From Squalus acanthias (lineage: Eukaryota), in NCBI GenBank assembly GCA_030390025.1, contig JASTWF010000036.1, positions 3,474,001-3,538,000 of the forward strand: a stretch of DNA of 64,000 nt, given 5' to 3'. Below the pieces are notes generated by a model. That model had not been told where the DNA came from and made no database searches. It worked only from the letters and a program-made list of their open reading frames with translations. Shown here piece after piece: positions 61,690 to 64,000 of this stretch (position 1 is its first letter; each line of letters starts with the position of its first letter). Position numbers and translations under genes: made by a program.

Positions 61690-61853
61690 ACGGGACATGC
61701 ACTATTTTGGTGTTCGAGTTTGCATCATTGAGCCTGGCTTCTTCAAGACAGCTGTGACAAACTTAGAATGCATTGAAAACGACCTGCAGCGACTGTGGGA
61801 CAGACTGTCTCCAGAAGTCCGTGAGAGTTATGGACAGAAATATTTTGAAAAGT
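61690..61853 (+). CDS. RDH5: RDH5 coding exon 3 (164 bp)
   Basis: RDMHYFGVRVCIIEPGFFKTAVTNLE...SYGQKYFEK. Acceptor tcttAG at 61688-61689, donor T|GTAGGT at 61854. Confidence 0.92.
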
Positions 61854-62284
61854 GTAGGTGGTCAGCACCTGTTATTGTGCAAGGTCACCCTGATGATGAG
61901 AATGTGGTATCTCCTATTGACGAAATGTATAATAACAGGAGTGACAAAGCATTGGTGTAAGAGGCTCGGTTTCCTTCGAATGTTCTGGGTTGGCGTTGTC
62001 CCTCATTCATAGTCAGTCAGTGAACGTTCTATCCATTTTTTTTTCTCCCTCTGTCCTCACCCTTTCCAGATTTTGAACAATAATTGGGCAACCCTGGGGT
62101 ACCACTCTAGGGTACTGAGGCCAATTGTAGTGTCCCTGCCACTGCCTCAGTTGAGATTGGTCAACTCAGGGATTGAATCCAAGACCTTTTCTGGCCTGTA
62201 TGGTTCAATATCCCACTAGGAAGTGCACTTGCCCACTTAGCCACCTTGGCAGCTTGATGCACCCACCTCAAAATCTATCTTATA

Positions 62285-62735
62285 CAAAAGCAAAATACTG
62301 TGGATGCTGGAAATCTGAAATAAAAACAGAAAATGCTGGAAATACTCAGCAGGTCAGGCAGCATCTGTGGAGAGAGAAACAGAGTTAACGTTTCAGGTCG
62401 ATGACCCTTCGTCAGATCTGGAATAAGCTGGAGATGGAACAGGTTTTTAAGTAAGTGCAGGGGCAGGGAAAGGGGGGAGGAAAGAACAAAAGGGAAGGTC
62501 TGTGATAGGATGGAAGGCAGGAGAGATTAAGAGACAAAAGGGATGATGGTAATGGGACAAGTTAAGAAACAAAAGATGGCTTTAGAGGAAGTGTAAATGG
62601 TAATGGCTGAATGATCAACAGCTGCCATGTGAGAGAGAGAAAAAAAAATAATGGAAAAAAAAAAGATGGGGCAGAGGTTATGGTCTGAAATTGTTGAACT
62701 CGATGTTGAGTCCAGAAGGCTGTAAAGTGCCTATC
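62285..62735 (-). mobile_element. Penelope-like element 3' end in the last RDH5 intron
   Basis: Homologous to 24545-24890. Includes the minus-strand end of the GIY-YIG ORF (GTLQPSGLNIEFNNFR) and a hammerhead motif. Confidence 0.82.
62383..62419 (-). ncRNA. Minimal hammerhead ribozyme motif (PLE), one stem I mismatch
   Basis: Minus strand AGAU-CUGACGA-AGGGUC-AUC-GACCU-GAAA-CG-UU-AACU. Confidence 0.6.
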
Positions 62736-63056
62736 AAAATCTATCTTACTGAGAGCGTCTCCTCTGATTGGAATTCTAAAGTCCATTGTGTTATAGTCCA
62801 TCAGGAGATTGGTTAATAAAGTTTGATCTGCTTATATCATCAGAGTGACAGGTCAAACCTTTGCTGTGTGTTTTCCACCGATTCTGCCCACTTCAGGAAA
62901 GAGGAAAGCACCCAACGAAAGCTCATTGGCATCACTGATCACAGCCTGTGTCGGAGCAAATTTATCTCATTGATGGCATCGTGGGGGTGGGGGGTTGGGG
63001 GTTTAAAAAGAAATGAAGAGGTATTCATATTTATGAGCGTTGGGTATTTTTAGTAA

Positions 63057-63326
<270 letters not shown>

Positions 63327-63394
63327 ATGGGAGTGGAAGTCAGTCGGCAGATGAGAATGGAGCGAAAGGACTCATCCGGTTCACAACAATTCTA

Positions 63395-63958
63395 GGGGGC
63401 TGATTTTCAGGGCTTCCACCCGGCGGGGGCAAGACCGAATATAGAAGGTCCTCACCTATTGGCCCACTCCTGATACGGCCACCATTTCTGACCCATGGTG
63501 AAAATGGGCAGCCAGAGCATCTGCCTGTTTCAGGCGGGACCCTACTTTTACTATGTGAATCAGATTCCCACTCCGGTTGTAGGACCCCGATACAATTTTC
63601 AGGTGCCAAGCGTGCGTTGCGCACACTCCGCCCATTGGTACCAGGCGTTGAGCGGTCTAACGGACCACTGCATGAATGCTCCTCCTGGCCCCACCAAACT
63701 CTTCCGGCCCTCTGCTGACCTGTCCTTGCCCCACCTTGCCTTTAACATGGAACGTCTGCCTTGAATCCATGGATGAACGGTCAGAATTTTCTGTACCGTC
63801 CCCCACCCCCTGCCACCCCATCCCAAACCAGGAAGCCACCTGTGAGCGCTAGTTCAGTAGCCCACCGGCATCATGTCTGGGGCCTCTCACTGAGGACATT
63901 GGGTGGGCAGGACAGTTCATCTCCCGCCTGATGTCAGCCCAAAGTAAAATCGCCCCCC
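63395..63958. mobile_element. Harbinger-type MITE about 70 bp downstream of the RDH5 stop codon
   Basis: Ends (G)GGGGCTGATTTT ... AAAATCGCCCCC(C) with a 3-bp TSD CTA or TAG. Confidence 0.75.
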
Positions 63959-64000
63959 TAGATGTTTAGTAGATGAAAGGATATTTGTAGTTTGATCAGG

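Overview
Vertebrate genomic DNA, very likely from a shark or other cartilaginous fish (inferred from the repeat content: CR1/HER1-type LINEs, HE1/V-SINE, Deu-domain SINEs, Penelope and Harbinger elements). Only two host genes are supportable, both on +. They are the last two coding exons of BLOC1S1 (190-322 and 12945-13052) and all four coding exons of RDH5, 11-cis-retinol dehydrogenase (58905-63326, 319 aa), in the same order as in human but about 45 kb apart. Most of the rest is nested transposable elements. The notable structures are: (i) a fossil two-gene Harbinger/PIF transposon (Myb/SANT gene plus HARBI1-like transposase, convergent) with about nine MITE derivatives sharing GG-N4-RA(T/A)TTT-like termini and 3-bp TSDs; (ii) one of these MITEs flanked by a ~430-bp duplication instead of a TSD; (iii) Penelope-like remnants carrying minimal hammerhead ribozymes, including a perfect 89-bp-arm palindrome with a ribozyme on each strand and a collapsed 44-bp copy of the same element; (iv) the BLOC1S1 IRE1/RIDD stem-loop position lacking the CUGCAG loop. 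Exon, TSD and palindrome coordinates were read base by base. Boundaries of degenerate repeats are approximate (about 10-50 bp). Family names come from recalled motifs, not database searches.
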